The notes under the pieces are model-generated. The model saw nothing but the letters and a program-made list of their open reading frames with translations. It ran no database searches and had not been told where the DNA came from. Below, piece by piece: positions 19,197 to 30,020 of a stretch of 64,000 nt of DNA. Source of the DNA: an uncultured virus (IMG/VR IMGVR_UViG_3300026488_000238) (lineage: Duplodnaviria; Heunggongvirae; Uroviricota; Caudoviricetes); IMG/VR virus record IMGVR_UViG_3300026488_000238. One strand, given 5' to 3'. Both the position numbers and the translations under genes were made by a program. Each line of letters starts with the position of its first letter. Positions within the stretch are counted from its first letter, which is position 1.

Positions 19197-22100
19197 ATGA
19201 ATGATAAAATACCAAAAATAAATTTTAACATAGACCAAGCGGTAAAAAACATCAAAATTGATGTTTCTAATATTGATATTAATAAAGTTGATATTCAAAA
19301 TACGGTTCAAAAGCTTAATGCTAAAGTGCCAAAAAATGTTAATATTACAATTTCTCCAAATATTACTCAACAAACAATTGCTAATATTAAGATATCTCCA
19401 AATATTATGCAAACTCAACAGAATATATCCATTCCTGCTAATGTATTAGACAATATTTCAAAAACAGCAGCCACAATAAGCCAACAACAAGCACATATTA
19501 CTGCTTCGCCTATTCCGCCAACTATGCCTCAACATGCAACAGAACCAACAACGTCGTACTATGATATTTCTTCCGGTGAATTCATAGGCGAAGAACCTGA
19601 AAATATTCCACAGCCTGACACGTCGGAAACATATACACAACAACAAACAAATTTCTCTGAAACTAACAATATAATACGCGATAGCTGGCACGAAGTAATG
19701 GTAGATAGAATATGGGAAAACATCCATGATAGTGGTTTCCTTAGATATGGCATTGCTACAAATCCAGATAATTTTGATTCTGTAGTACAAGAGGCTATTA
19801 GCACACTATCAGAGCCCGGCACAACGGGAATGTGGAAAATTGAGGCCAGACATACTTTAGAAGACGCTGTCACCGCTAATCCACAATTGCAGGCAGATAT
19901 TGTAATGACAAGTATGCACATGGAAGGCAGTTATGTTCTCGATAGTAAAACCGTTAATAGTTTAAAGCAAGAATTGAATATTGAAAAGATTATCGACTCA
20001 GAAGAGTTAGATTCTATAATGAATGCTTCTATATTTGCACCAGATGACCCAAATCGCACATTTCAAGAGGATTTTAACGCGTTAATGCATGGCCATAACA
20101 TTCTTCATAGTGATTTAAAACATTATGGCGCTGAATTATTGGAACACTATAACACAAATTATATTCCGGGCCTGTTAGATCAATATGATGCCCTTCAAGA
20201 TAAAATTGCTGAAATAGACGCTCATCTTCAAACTGTAACATCACAAATTGCAGAGGTAGAACAGGCTATCTTTACACAGGGAAAAACGCCAGATGAAGTT
20301 ATTGATATTGTGAATAAAGCAGAAATTGTTAAAGCTGATATTGAAACAATACAACAACTTGAACACATTCCACAACAATACGAAAATGTTAAACGACAAA
20401 TCGCACATGCATTAAAGATTAATCCTGAAGATATTGAAAATGTACAAACTCTTTTGGCAAAATATCAAGATAAAATTCAATCTGATCCTGTTTTACAGCA
20501 AAAAGTGGCGGAACTTCAAAAGCTTGAAGAAGATCTAAAGAAATATAACAATGCTATGCAAAATGTAACCACGCAGTTACAAATTCAGGCTAATGAAGCT
20601 GAACAATTTGCTACTCATTTTAATACTTTGCATCAATTAGTAACAGAAGCGCAAGAAACAAGTAAAGAATTAGTAGAACTTACAACAAAAGCGAACAATA
20701 TTAGGACAGTAGTTAACGAGTATACAAAATTACTATACGAAAACATGCCGGCATATGTTAGACATGAAATTGAAGGTATTGTTGATGTAAACATGTTTAG
20801 TGAAAATTCTCCGATCAACAGGGCGGCCGTTGAACAAGTAATTTACTTTGCAAACAAAGCCGGCTGGCATATGGAAGATGTGTCTCGTATGGTATTCCAG
20901 AATCCTGACGTCATGGTCGCTTTGCGCACAGCATATATAACAAAGGGAAAATATATTGTTCCACCTAATCGTTTTACAATGGAAAAGCTTGTCGGAGAGC
21001 GTGCAAAGAAAGTATTATCACAAATATTAGAACATACCACAGATCCAAATAAGATATTGGCCTATGCAGCGTCTATTAAAGAAAAATATGGGGTAGCCGG
21101 GCAACTTGTAGCTGATCACATTATAGCTCATACCGTCTCTTTGGCAAATGGATATGTGCTTTTAAAGGCACAATTAGAGCTTAGCCACGTTGATGTTACT
21201 AGCTATACTGCGATGGCCCGTTATCTTAAGACACATTCTCAATCTGGACAAGCGGCCACAGCAAGAGTATTTTTAAAAACATTGGGGGTGGATTTGGACA
21301 AAGCTTCTGAACAAGAAATAGCGATAGCATTGCGTAAAATGAATACAATACATAAAGCCGTTCGCAAAAACAAGACATTCAAAAAGGTAGCAAAACGTTT
21401 TGAAAAACTTAACAAAGTAAAAATGGTAGACCATGACTATCTCGTGCTTGATCGAATTATAGATAATGCGCCAGATTTAGAAACGGCAGTAAAAGAATCA
21501 ATGAAATACGTAATGCGACAAGTAGCATTGGAATTTCTTAAGGCTACCGGTGTTAATATTAAGACGTATGGAAAACGATTTATTATTAAGCAATTGAATG
21601 AAACAACAGCCGGTGAGGCATTGAAAACTCTTGCGCGAGATACAAAGCTTTTCATGGCAAAAACAGCTAATACAGCAATTTCATCGGCTGCCGGCATTGG
21701 AACATTTACGCTAAAAACTTTCATGAATGTTGATGGAAATGTGTTTGAATTTTCATTAATTATTAGTAATACCTTATGGGACAAACTACAGGCCACAATA
21801 ATGGCAAATGAATTTCTTAAAATTAGGGTATTATATGCAGAACAATGGCTTAAAAATAAGGCGTTATTGGCAGCCGAATACTTTAGCGCAATTGCCGCAA
21901 GAAATCAAATGGTGGCAAATATTTTGTTATCTGCTCGCATGGGAATAATGTATGTTAAAGGAGCATTTTATTTTCTCTTTAAAGGTTTAGGCGATGTAGC
22001 GTCAATGTATTACAAAGCTTTTAAATTTATAGCTATAACACCATTTAAAGCTAGCGCTGGAATGCTAAAAATTGCAAGAATTGCAACGTATAAGTTAGGC

Positions 22101-25100
22101 AGGCCTGCTTTTGCCTTTTTGCGCAGAATTGGAGTATTTAAATTTGCCCGAGCTTTTACAAAAGGCATTGGCCGATTTGCTACAAGGGGAGTACAGCTTA
22201 AGCGCAAATGGGATAGATTTAAAAAGCAATTTGACCAATTTATGGAAAATCCAATTGAGTATGCCTTTAAGCAATTAGTTGTTAAGAGAGCAGCTAGGGC
22301 AACAATGAAAGTCGGCAAAAAACTAGTAAAGGCAACGGGAAAAATTGCGATGCAAACGGCAAGATTGGCAGCACATGCTTTATTGGCAATAATGAATTTC
22401 TTAATTTCTGTCGTTGTGGCAATAGCTAGCGCTATAGGTTGGTTAGGTATGCTTATTGCCATATTATTAATCTTATTGGTGATATTGTTAGGATTATTTG
22501 GTTTTGGCGCCCCTAATACTGTTGGATGGACAGAAGTAACCGTTGATAATGTAATGTTAACATTGCTTACGCGGCGATATTCAATAGCATCAATTGACCC
22601 AATTAATACATGGTTATCTATACAAGCGCATGAGGGTGATTTGCCATTCCCAGAAAAATTTTATTCTGGCAAAAACAAAGGATTTTTAAATATCGATGGC
22701 AAGGAGTTATATTATAGTTTTGACATACCTGGAGAACAATATCTTACTTATTTATCACAAATTCAGGATGCGGCAGCACAATTGCAAGAAATAACAAATG
22801 TTACTGATACATATATGAACCAGGTGCAACCAATTATTAAAGAAATTATGGGTGGTAGTAACTATGGAATATCCACGGATACATCTCCATATGTGGAAGA
22901 ATATGGGAAATACCTTAATATTAATGGCACAGCCAGAACAACAACTTATGAAAATTTAACATCGTATTATGCAACGACTGATTACTATAGAGATGTAATT
23001 CCTTATGATGGCAAAAAAGGCTATATGCTTTTTAGTAATTATGATTTAAATGTTATTATCCACACGCATCCGCGCGTCATTTTTACCAATGATCCGTTTA
23101 ATCCAAAATTAATTAATATGAACGGCAATGTTAAAAAAATGTTAAGACTCTTTAAGGAATACCACAATAATGAGCCGCTAAATACTTATGCTGGATATGG
23201 TCCTGATGGAACAAAACATGATGGAAACTATGTTGGAGTGCAATTCCTTCCTGGGGTTACGTATTCAGACGGAATATGGTATCTTGATAAGATAGAAGCA
23301 GCACAACAGCCAGGGCAAAATAATATATATCATTTTACACAAATTGGAAGAATAGAGGCGTCTTATAGTTATTACGACGCGGCATCCAACGTAGTTATTC
23401 CAGACAAGAAACAATGCAATCTGCATAATTCGCATAGTAAAATAATATTCGAATGTTATAACATCGGTGGAAGGGGAAACGCTAGTATTCACTTAGTTAA
23501 GAGTGGTTATATTGTATATCGTGGCAGAATTATTATATATACACCTAAAGGAAACTTGCATTTTAATGTAGGATATATCGTGCCCGACGTTGCCAAACAT
23601 GTTTATGATTCGCCATTATCTTTAGATCTAGTATCTATGATGTCAGCCGTTACAAAATTAGAGCTGTATAAAGAAGTAACACTTAATCGTATCGCTGCAG
23701 TTTTCAATAATACAGTGCGCTTTGGCCAAATGGTAGAGGCAACTTATTATAATATCGACTCTTCTTTGGACCAACAAGAAGATGTGGCAAAAATGCTGAT
23801 GTCTATCCAAGATGCTATGACTAACTCTTTCGGACACAAGAAAATAGGAACGATGTGGACATATCAATCTCCTTTGATGGGCTTTGCGTTTGGCCCAGAT
23901 TACAACATTCTCGATGGTAAAAAATATTTAAGCAATGGTTATAAAAAAGTATTACAAGATATGTATATGGTTTGGGTAAATAGAGACAAAAATGAATTAT
24001 ATCTAGATTCCCGCAGCGCTATCAATACAATGTTATACATGCTTAATTATGCGGCTTATAAGAGTGTATTGAATCACGGAGTATGTTCTCCTAAAGCAGC
24101 TGAAACAGAATTAGCATGGAATATTTGCGATAAAGCTCCGGGGGACATAGTCGGCGGTATAAATGCGATAACTCAACCATTTGTCGGTAAACTTAATGAG
24201 TTTAATTTTGTTAATGGCAGTGAGAAAAAAGCATTTAAAACTCTTGCCGATGTTGCTCGTTACAGTTTTGGACAGCAGAATAACAATAATTTAGTATTTA
24301 ATATAGATTCGCCAGGTGTCACTCTATTTGGTGGAAGTAAAACAAGCTTTTCTCAATCGCTAATGGTGTATTCGTTATATCAATTGTATTTACACATGAA
24401 ACTTGCCGAAACGGCCAGATTGCAAAAACAAGTCGCAAGTTCTCCGTATTTAGGAGTAGAAGCTATTCATTTTGACGTTGACCCGATCGCTAAATGGTTG
24501 CCGTCTGACGAAGCTAGCCAATGGAATAGTATTAAACAACGAATATTCCGCTACATTATGGAACATGGATGGAGCCGCACCATTTATAACGTTATAGGCC
24601 AAATGGGTAATTTCTTGGAAGGCATTATACAAAGTATCTTTGGCAAATCGGCATCTATAGAAACTCAGCTTGTAGAAAAGTATTATCTCGATCTCATTGC
24701 TTCTAATGTGGACATAGATACAGCAGTTGGTTTGTGGAAAGGAGAAAACTCTGCATATAATAAATCGATAAACATATTAGAAGAAAATGCGTCATTATTC
24801 AGTAATCTTTACAATTTACCTGCATGGGCTGGTATTATACCAATTAATCCACAATTCTTAACTGACAGCAATAAAAAAGTTAGACAATTGCGAAATGGAT
24901 TACTTAACTCGTATTATGATGGTATTATGGCCGACAAAGGGACAATGGGATTAATTATTCCAGAAATGAGTCTTATGCAAAAAGATTTGACAACGGATGA
25001 TAGTGATCAAAAGTTCGGTTTTGCCGGGCCGATTATAGTAGCTGATCAAGCAGATAAAAGTGAGTTAACTGACATTTTCCATACTCTTGCCTACAAAACA

Positions 25101-28100
25101 GTTCCGCCTATTACAAAAGGATGGAAAAACTATGGCGAATTCAAACTTAATGGTCTTAATGTTGGCGATATTGTGGTAGTGCATACTCTTGCAGAAAAAG
25201 AAGAAGATATTTCAAAGGCAGGAATACCAACACTTGCTTTACTTGATAGATTGCCGCGATTAGATACCGGCGCAAGTTGGATTTCTCTATATCAACTAGT
25301 ATTAGCATACAAAGTAAGATATGATAAACCATCTGAAACATGGGCAGAATTTGCACCCAAACATGAGGCAGTACGTGAGGAAGTAAAAGAATTTGTAGAT
25401 TCATATACACCACCACCAAATTGCTTTGTCTCAGTAATTGAAGAAGGCGCAGATACAACATATATTGATTTTGCTAGCCCTATTAATATACCGACAAATC
25501 TTATGTATACTACATATTATGACACATCATTTGGCATAGAATATAACAAATCTACGTATTCTGATGCGGACATTAAACGAGACGAGTTCGCTAAAATAAC
25601 TTTGCCGTCTAATGATGTTAATACTGTGTTTAATGATGCATTGTTACAAGCAATAATGTCAAATAGTAAAATTAGTAGGCCTTGGAGTAGTGGCAATGAA
25701 ATTGCAAACACTGGTATTGAAAGTTATTTAGATACAAAAGAAGTAAAGACAAAAGCGAATACTGATGCTTACAGATGGACAATTACTCTTACATGTTGCC
25801 ATACCAATGAAGAGGGAAAGAGAGTCTGTGATGATCCAGTAACATTGGCAAAATATAAAGCCGACTACGAATCTAAGGAATTTACATTAAATAGTTACAC
25901 TTCAAAAGACAAAGATTATTTTGATGGTCTTGAATATGTAAAATTAGCTGAAAACATCGATAAAATGCGATATCCTGTCACCGACGCTTATTCTGCGCTA
26001 AGAGCCTCATATTATCATCCTGTGCCAATGCTTGGTAATATAATGACAATTACTGACGTATTTATGAAAATCTTGCCTTCAATTTCCAGTGTGCAGCAAG
26101 TAATGACAGGCGCTTTGCTTATGGTTAATAGAGACATGATATCGCAAGTCAATAAGTACAGCCCAAGTCAATGGACAACGTTAAGATGGTCTACAGATTC
26201 TATGAATATTACTGACGATTTCAGTCTTAGTAAGGACCTTAGTATTGATAAAATTACATTTGATAAAGCACAAAATATGCTTAAGGTACAATCAACGGTT
26301 AAATCTGTTGTTGAAATAAAATGTGACAATAATAGCGCAATAGGCGGCGGAATGTGTTCTGAAACATCTACTACCGTTGTTAGAAATGACAAAATTATAG
26401 GCGCAATGCTTGGATACGGCGTAAACAACATAACCGTTAACAATGATGAGCCTCAATTATCATCAACACAAACAATTGTCGCTAATTTAAAAAATAATGT
26501 AAACAGCTATAAAGATATGCTATGGTATCACTACCTTATTAATAATAAACTGATCGAAACGCCAGTCGAATCGCGAAAATATGTTAAAACGTATCATCAA
26601 TATACCTTTGCGTGGAATTATATACCAACCTTGCTTGGCAGTATTTATCTTGGATTCTCTGGCATCAATAATTTTGCAGAAGGAACATGGGATATAGGTG
26701 AGCAATCTATGTCTAAAGAACAGTATTTTGACATTGTTAAATTTGCGTGGAGTACACCGTACACAAATACCCGCGCCGTGTTAAAAGATAATCTGAAATT
26801 ATCATTGCCTGTATATATCGGAAAATACGCAACATATCCACAGGTTGAGAAGCCTGTCAAAGATTGGCAAACTGAACAATCATATCAGGCCATGCTACAG
26901 GATCAACAAAATATAAAAAGATTAGATGTATACGCTATTAGCCGTTTAGTGCCAAATACATATCCGGTGTCCCCAATATTCGTATTTTCTGCTGAGAGAT
27001 TCAAAAATGGCGCTAAACCATTGCACGTGCCTGTCCCGATAGATGTTTTATTCATATACACTAATAATGATGATGTACCGCTTCGAAAATACTTTGAAAA
27101 GAAAGAAAAAGAAAACGTTTTTACCCAACTTGCTGGTCGTTATAACGATCCACATGTTAAAGAGCTGTTATTAAAACGAGTTATCGGAGACGCTGCTTTT
27201 AATGCTATTATGGAAAACCTTGATGAAGAGGAAAAGGCAAAATATCTATCAATGGTTAAAGTAGAAACTGTCCCTTATAAAGTAACAGATTACCGAACGA
27301 GTGGAGCAATTAGAACAACTATGTCAGCATATTTAATACGATTGCTGATACCGGGTTATATTGCAGTTCCTATAGCATTTGATTCTGCGGGATATAAAGC
27401 AATATATCAGCTATATGACTCCACATCCTTTGTTGGCGCAGATTTCTTCACTAGCTCCGATTTCTATAATGTTGATACACATCAAGGCGCCGACTTAAGA
27501 GGAACATATCTTAAATTCTTGAAGGGTACAAGTAAACATTATACTGATTTAGTAAGATATGCCTTAAACACACATCGAAATGCCTTGAAATACAGCAAAG
27601 GACCGGACTTTGTAGATGCTATGGCATATGTAGGCTATCCATTCTCATTCCCTGTTTATCAATATGCATTGCTTTATAGTAGTGATAAGGGGCTAGATAA
27701 AATCATACCTAGCGGAGCTGCATTAGAACGAGCTGAAACAGAAGCCCTTAAAGAATACCAAGAGACAGAAGATGGATCAAATAACGATAATAATAATAAA
27801 GACTTACTTAAAGACCTGTTAGATAAAGTAGGAAAACAGAAACCGGGTGAATCTAAAAGGGCATGGGAAGAATTGTTCCCGATAGCTGCTAACGCATGGA
27901 ATAAAATGTATCAAGTAAGCGTATCTTTTGCAGATTATTATGCATGGCAAAACTTTGAAGCGTTATTAACAGTTGCAAAATACAAAGCGGCAACTAATAG
28001 CGGGTATTCATATTCATATTTCTCTCCTACAGCAGACATGATGAATTTGATTATTTATACGGATCCACTATTACAAAAAGCCCTTGTTGATGTTGACCAA

Positions 28101-29000
28101 TATGTCGATGAGTTGACTAAGTTAACACCAGAATCTTATGCCTTTGAGATTGATAGTAATCATGTATTTTATCCAGTGTGGGCTGGTGGCGAATTCTGGG
28201 TACCATATACAGGAACTATTACAATGTCAGATGGGACACAAATTTATTTCAGGCAGCCGGTTGATGATGCTGGACATCATGGTAGCGTAGGATTAAGCTT
28301 ATATGGTGTAGCATTGTGGGCTACAATGTTTGATCCAAAAATTGAAGCATTTATGTCTGTTGGAACTAAATGGGATGTTAATAAATGGCGTAATACTCTT
28401 CGCACTCAGGCATCCTTATGGGACGAGATATTAAGGTCTGATTCAATGTTACATAATAGAATTGGTACACAAGAACTTGCGAAGATTGAAAGCGCTATGC
28501 AATTAAAAGACATTCCTGATAACAAAACATTTGATAAAATTGCGTCACAGCTTCCATGGCGCACGGAAATTTCACCAATATTTACAAATCTTGCCCAATA
28601 TAATTGGAAAAATGCACCTGGAAAGATGTCATTTGAGAGAGTTGTCATAGTTAATGGAGGCTCCTCAATAAATGACATACATCTACGAAGAGAAGGTATT
28701 GAAAACTGGAGTCCATATTGGAAAATGCTATCACCATATTATAACGTTTCATCTAATTACCCATTCGCTAACATTACTGTTTGGTATTACAATAATGATG
28801 TGAGGTTAAAAGCATTTTATGATGGCAGATACAGTGCCGGTGGAGATTTAAGCAAGCCAGAAAGTACAGATGAAGATGCTACTAATGAAGAATATAAGTA
28901 TTTCAGAATATTTACGCCAATACCGGCAGAATATATGGTGGGACGCTTCTACGGAGACTTGTTTGATATTCAATTTGTTTGGGGCTCACTTTGGCACTAA
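19197..29000 (+). CDS. Giant 3,267-aa single-pass membrane protein in the virB4 operon
   Basis: Uninterrupted ORF. N-terminal low-complexity and coiled-coil region, then a K/R/A-rich amphipathic stretch, a long hydrophobic segment at about aa 1060-1105, and ~2,150 aa of Y/N/D-rich predicted extracellular sequence. Confidence 0.85.
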   Translation: MNDKIPKINFNIDQAVKNIKIDVSNIDINKVDIQNTVQKLNAKVPKNVNITISPNITQQTIANIKISPNIMQTQQNISIPANVLDNISKTAATISQQQAHITASPIPPTMPQHATEPTTSYYDISSGEFIGEEPENIPQPDTSETYTQQQTNFSETNNIIRDSWHEVMVDRIWENIHDSGFLRYGIATNPDNFDSVVQEAISTLSEPGTTGMWKIEARHTLEDAVTANPQLQADIVMTSMHMEGSYVLDSKTVNSLKQELNIEKIIDSEELDSIMNASIFAPDDPNRTFQEDFNALMHGHNILHSDLKHYGAELLEHYNTNYIPGLLDQYDALQDKIAEIDAHLQTVTSQIAEVEQAIFTQGKTPDEVIDIVNKAEIVKADIETIQQLEHIPQQYENVKRQIAHALKINPEDIENVQTLLAKYQDKIQSDPVLQQKVAELQKLEEDLKKYNNAMQNVTTQLQIQANEAEQFATHFNTLHQLVTEAQETSKELVELTTKANNIRTVVNEYTKLLYENMPAYVRHEIEGIVDVNMFSENSPINRAAVEQVIYFANKAGWHMEDVSRMVFQNPDVMVALRTAYITKGKYIVPPNRFTMEKLVGERAKKVLSQILEHTTDPNKILAYAASIKEKYGVAGQLVADHIIAHTVSLANGYVLLKAQLELSHVDVTSYTAMARYLKTHSQSGQAATARVFLKTLGVDLDKASEQEIAIALRKMNTIHKAVRKNKTFKKVAKRFEKLNKVKMVDHDYLVLDRIIDNAPDLETAVKESMKYVMRQVALEFLKATGVNIKTYGKRFIIKQLNETTAGEALKTLARDTKLFMAKTANTAISSAAGIGTFTLKTFMNVDGNVFEFSLIISNTLWDKLQATIMANEFLKIRVLYAEQWLKNKALLAAEYFSAIAARNQMVANILLSARMGIMYVKGAFYFLFKGLGDVASMYYKAFKFIAITPFKASAGMLKIARIATYKLGRPAFAFLRRIGVFKFARAFTKGIGRFATRGVQLKRKWDRFKKQFDQFMENPIEYAFKQLVVKRAARATMKVGKKLVKATGKIAMQTARLAAHALLAIMNFLISVVVAIASAIGWLGMLIAILLILLVILLGLFGFGAPNTVGWTEVTVDNVMLTLLTRRYSIASIDPINTWLSIQAHEGDLPFPEKFYSGKNKGFLNIDGKELYYSFDIPGEQYLTYLSQIQDAAAQLQEITNVTDTYMNQVQPIIKEIMGGSNYGISTDTSPYVEEYGKYLNINGTARTTTYENLTSYYATTDYYRDVIPYDGKKGYMLFSNYDLNVIIHTHPRVIFTNDPFNPKLINMNGNVKKMLRLFKEYHNNEPLNTYAGYGPDGTKHDGNYVGVQFLPGVTYSDGIWYLDKIEAAQQPGQNNIYHFTQIGRIEASYSYYDAASNVVIPDKKQCNLHNSHSKIIFECYNIGGRGNASIHLVKSGYIVYRGRIIIYTPKGNLHFNVGYIVPDVAKHVYDSPLSLDLVSMMSAVTKLELYKEVTLNRIAAVFNNTVRFGQMVEATYYNIDSSLDQQEDVAKMLMSIQDAMTNSFGHKKIGTMWTYQSPLMGFAFGPDYNILDGKKYLSNGYKKVLQDMYMVWVNRDKNELYLDSRSAINTMLYMLNYAAYKSVLNHGVCSPKAAETELAWNICDKAPGDIVGGINAITQPFVGKLNEFNFVNGSEKKAFKTLADVARYSFGQQNNNNLVFNIDSPGVTLFGGSKTSFSQSLMVYSLYQLYLHMKLAETARLQKQVASSPYLGVEAIHFDVDPIAKWLPSDEASQWNSIKQRIFRYIMEHGWSRTIYNVIGQMGNFLEGIIQSIFGKSASIETQLVEKYYLDLIASNVDIDTAVGLWKGENSAYNKSINILEENASLFSNLYNLPAWAGIIPINPQFLTDSNKKVRQLRNGLLNSYYDGIMADKGTMGLIIPEMSLMQKDLTTDDSDQKFGFAGPIIVADQADKSELTDIFHTLAYKTVPPITKGWKNYGEFKLNGLNVGDIVVVHTLAEKEEDISKAGIPTLALLDRLPRLDTGASWISLYQLVLAYKVRYDKPSETWAEFAPKHEAVREEVKEFVDSYTPPPNCFVSVIEEGADTTYIDFASPINIPTNLMYTTYYDTSFGIEYNKSTYSDADIKRDEFAKITLPSNDVNTVFNDALLQAIMSNSKISRPWSSGNEIANTGIESYLDTKEVKTKANTDAYRWTITLTCCHTNEEGKRVCDDPVTLAKYKADYESKEFTLNSYTSKDKDYFDGLEYVKLAENIDKMRYPVTDAYSALRASYYHPVPMLGNIMTITDVFMKILPSISSVQQVMTGALLMVNRDMISQVNKYSPSQWTTLRWSTDSMNITDDFSLSKDLSIDKITFDKAQNMLKVQSTVKSVVEIKCDNNSAIGGGMCSETSTTVVRNDKIIGAMLGYGVNNITVNNDEPQLSSTQTIVANLKNNVNSYKDMLWYHYLINNKLIETPVESRKYVKTYHQYTFAWNYIPTLLGSIYLGFSGINNFAEGTWDIGEQSMSKEQYFDIVKFAWSTPYTNTRAVLKDNLKLSLPVYIGKYATYPQVEKPVKDWQTEQSYQAMLQDQQNIKRLDVYAISRLVPNTYPVSPIFVFSAERFKNGAKPLHVPVPIDVLFIYTNNDDVPLRKYFEKKEKENVFTQLAGRYNDPHVKELLLKRVIGDAAFNAIMENLDEEEKAKYLSMVKVETVPYKVTDYRTSGAIRTTMSAYLIRLLIPGYIAVPIAFDSAGYKAIYQLYDSTSFVGADFFTSSDFYNVDTHQGADLRGTYLKFLKGTSKHYTDLVRYALNTHRNALKYSKGPDFVDAMAYVGYPFSFPVYQYALLYSSDKGLDKIIPSGAALERAETEALKEYQETEDGSNNDNNNKDLLKDLLDKVGKQKPGESKRAWEELFPIAANAWNKMYQVSVSFADYYAWQNFEALLTVAKYKAATNSGYSYSYFSPTADMMNLIIYTDPLLQKALVDVDQYVDELTKLTPESYAFEIDSNHVFYPVWAGGEFWVPYTGTITMSDGTQIYFRQPVDDAGHHGSVGLSLYGVALWATMFDPKIEAFMSVGTKWDVNKWRNTLRTQASLWDEILRSDSMLHNRIGTQELAKIESAMQLKDIPDNKTFDKIASQLPWRTEISPIFTNLAQYNWKNAPGKMSFERVVIVNGGSSINDIHLRREGIENWSPYWKMLSPYYNVSSNYPFANITVWYYNNDVRLKAFYDGRYSAGGDLSKPESTDEDATNEEYKYFRIFTPIPAEYMVGRFYGDLFDIQFVWGSLWH

Positions 29001-29050
29001 TACAATTTAAATTCCCTCCGATTTTTGTTTAAAAAAGGAGGGACGTTGCT

Positions 29051-29320
29051 TTGATAGTCAATACAATACCTTTGCATTATGGAAGATTATGGATAGATAT
29101 AGCTAGTCAAAATATCGCAAATGCCAATGTGTCAAATTATACAGCGAAACAACTTGGTGGCAGTCCTGAAACTCCGATTATTGAAGACACAAATGAGCCC
29201 GTGGATCTTGCGAAAGAATTAATAGAACTACGTATTGCAACTGTTTATTATAAAGCAAATGCGTTAGCAATTAAAACAAAAATTGAATTATATGATTATG
29301 TGTTGGATTTGTTTGTCTGA
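29051..29320 (+). CDS. Minimal flagellar basal-body rod (FlgB/FlgC-like) protein
   Basis: N-terminal rod signature IASQNIANANVSNY and C-terminal VDLAKELIEL..A...YKANALAIKT; TTG start with AAGGAGG RBS. Confidence 0.75.
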   Translation: MIVNTIPLHYGRLWIDIASQNIANANVSNYTAKQLGGSPETPIIEDTNEPVDLAKELIELRIATVYYKANALAIKTKIELYDYVLDLFV

Positions 29321-29866
29321 TCTATGTTTTAACCAACAATCAAGGCATAATGGAACATATTTTTCAGCGCCGCCAACGTCTACTGTTTTTCCGTCATCAA
29401 CAAGTTTATGGGTATATCCTGCATCTTTGCCACACTCCACGCATACAGCCTTTAATTTCAATACTTCGTCGGCTATGGCTAACAAATATGGCATCGGTCC
29501 AAAAGGCTCGCCACGATAATCCATGTCTAATCCTGTAACATATACATGCAGGCCTCGTGTATATGCTAAATGACGCACAATGTCTACTATTTTATTGTTA
29601 AAAAATTGTGCTTCTTCAATACCGACTACGTCTGCATTTTCTATATAATACAATAATTGCCTTGGTTTTTCGGTCGGAATAGGTATTGCTTCAAATTCGT
29701 CACCGTCATGGGTAACAATATTGCGTTCATGATAACGAGCATCAATTTGTGGCTTAAATACAATAATTTTTTGTCCAGCGATCTTATGCCTTTTAAGTTT
29801 ACGAATTAATTCCGTAGTTTTCCCTGCGAACATTGGGCCTGTGATAACCGTTATTTTTCCTGCCAT
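29288..29866 (-). CDS. tdk: Thymidine kinase
   Basis: GPMFAGKTTELIR, KPQIDARY, IEEAQFF, GLDMDYRGEPFG, Zn ligands CVEC...CLDC. Confidence 0.97.
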   Translation of the reverse strand: MAGKITVITGPMFAGKTTELIRKLKRHKIAGQKIIVFKPQIDARYHERNIVTHDGDEFEAIPIPTEKPRQLLYYIENADVVGIEEAQFFNNKIVDIVRHLAYTRGLHVYVTGLDMDYRGEPFGPMPYLLAIADEVLKLKAVCVECGKDAGYTHKLVDDGKTVDVGGAEKYVPLCLDCWLKHRSDKQIQHIII

Positions 29867-30020
29867 TACTATGCATACCTCCTTTGATAAGGTGTGTTTT
29901 TATTATACAATAATCACCTTAAATATGAAAAGGATTGTCAATGAAATTGGTGAATAATAGCAAAAATATTCGCTGAAGTGTTGCAGCAATCCTGGCTAAA
30001 ATAGCAATAGCCTATAAACT

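Noticed and set aside
19341..19412. 42-bp-period duplication (NITISPNITQ / NIKISPNIMQ) at the start of the giant gene
   Set aside because: Only two degenerate copies in a low-complexity region; not an array.
23061..23072. JAB/MPN HTHP motif in the giant protein
   Set aside because: Lacks the following S-x-x-D zinc ligand spacing.
27480..27494. M23 peptidase HxGxD motif (HQGAD) in the giant protein
   Set aside because: The downstream HxH motif and beta-rich M23 context are absent; probably coincidental.
19158..28678. Many 60-150 aa antisense or alternate-frame ORFs within the giant gene, and similar ones within recA, virB4, ftsH, ligA and the VirD4-like gene
   Set aside because: No RBS and typical shadow-ORF composition opposite strongly supported genes.
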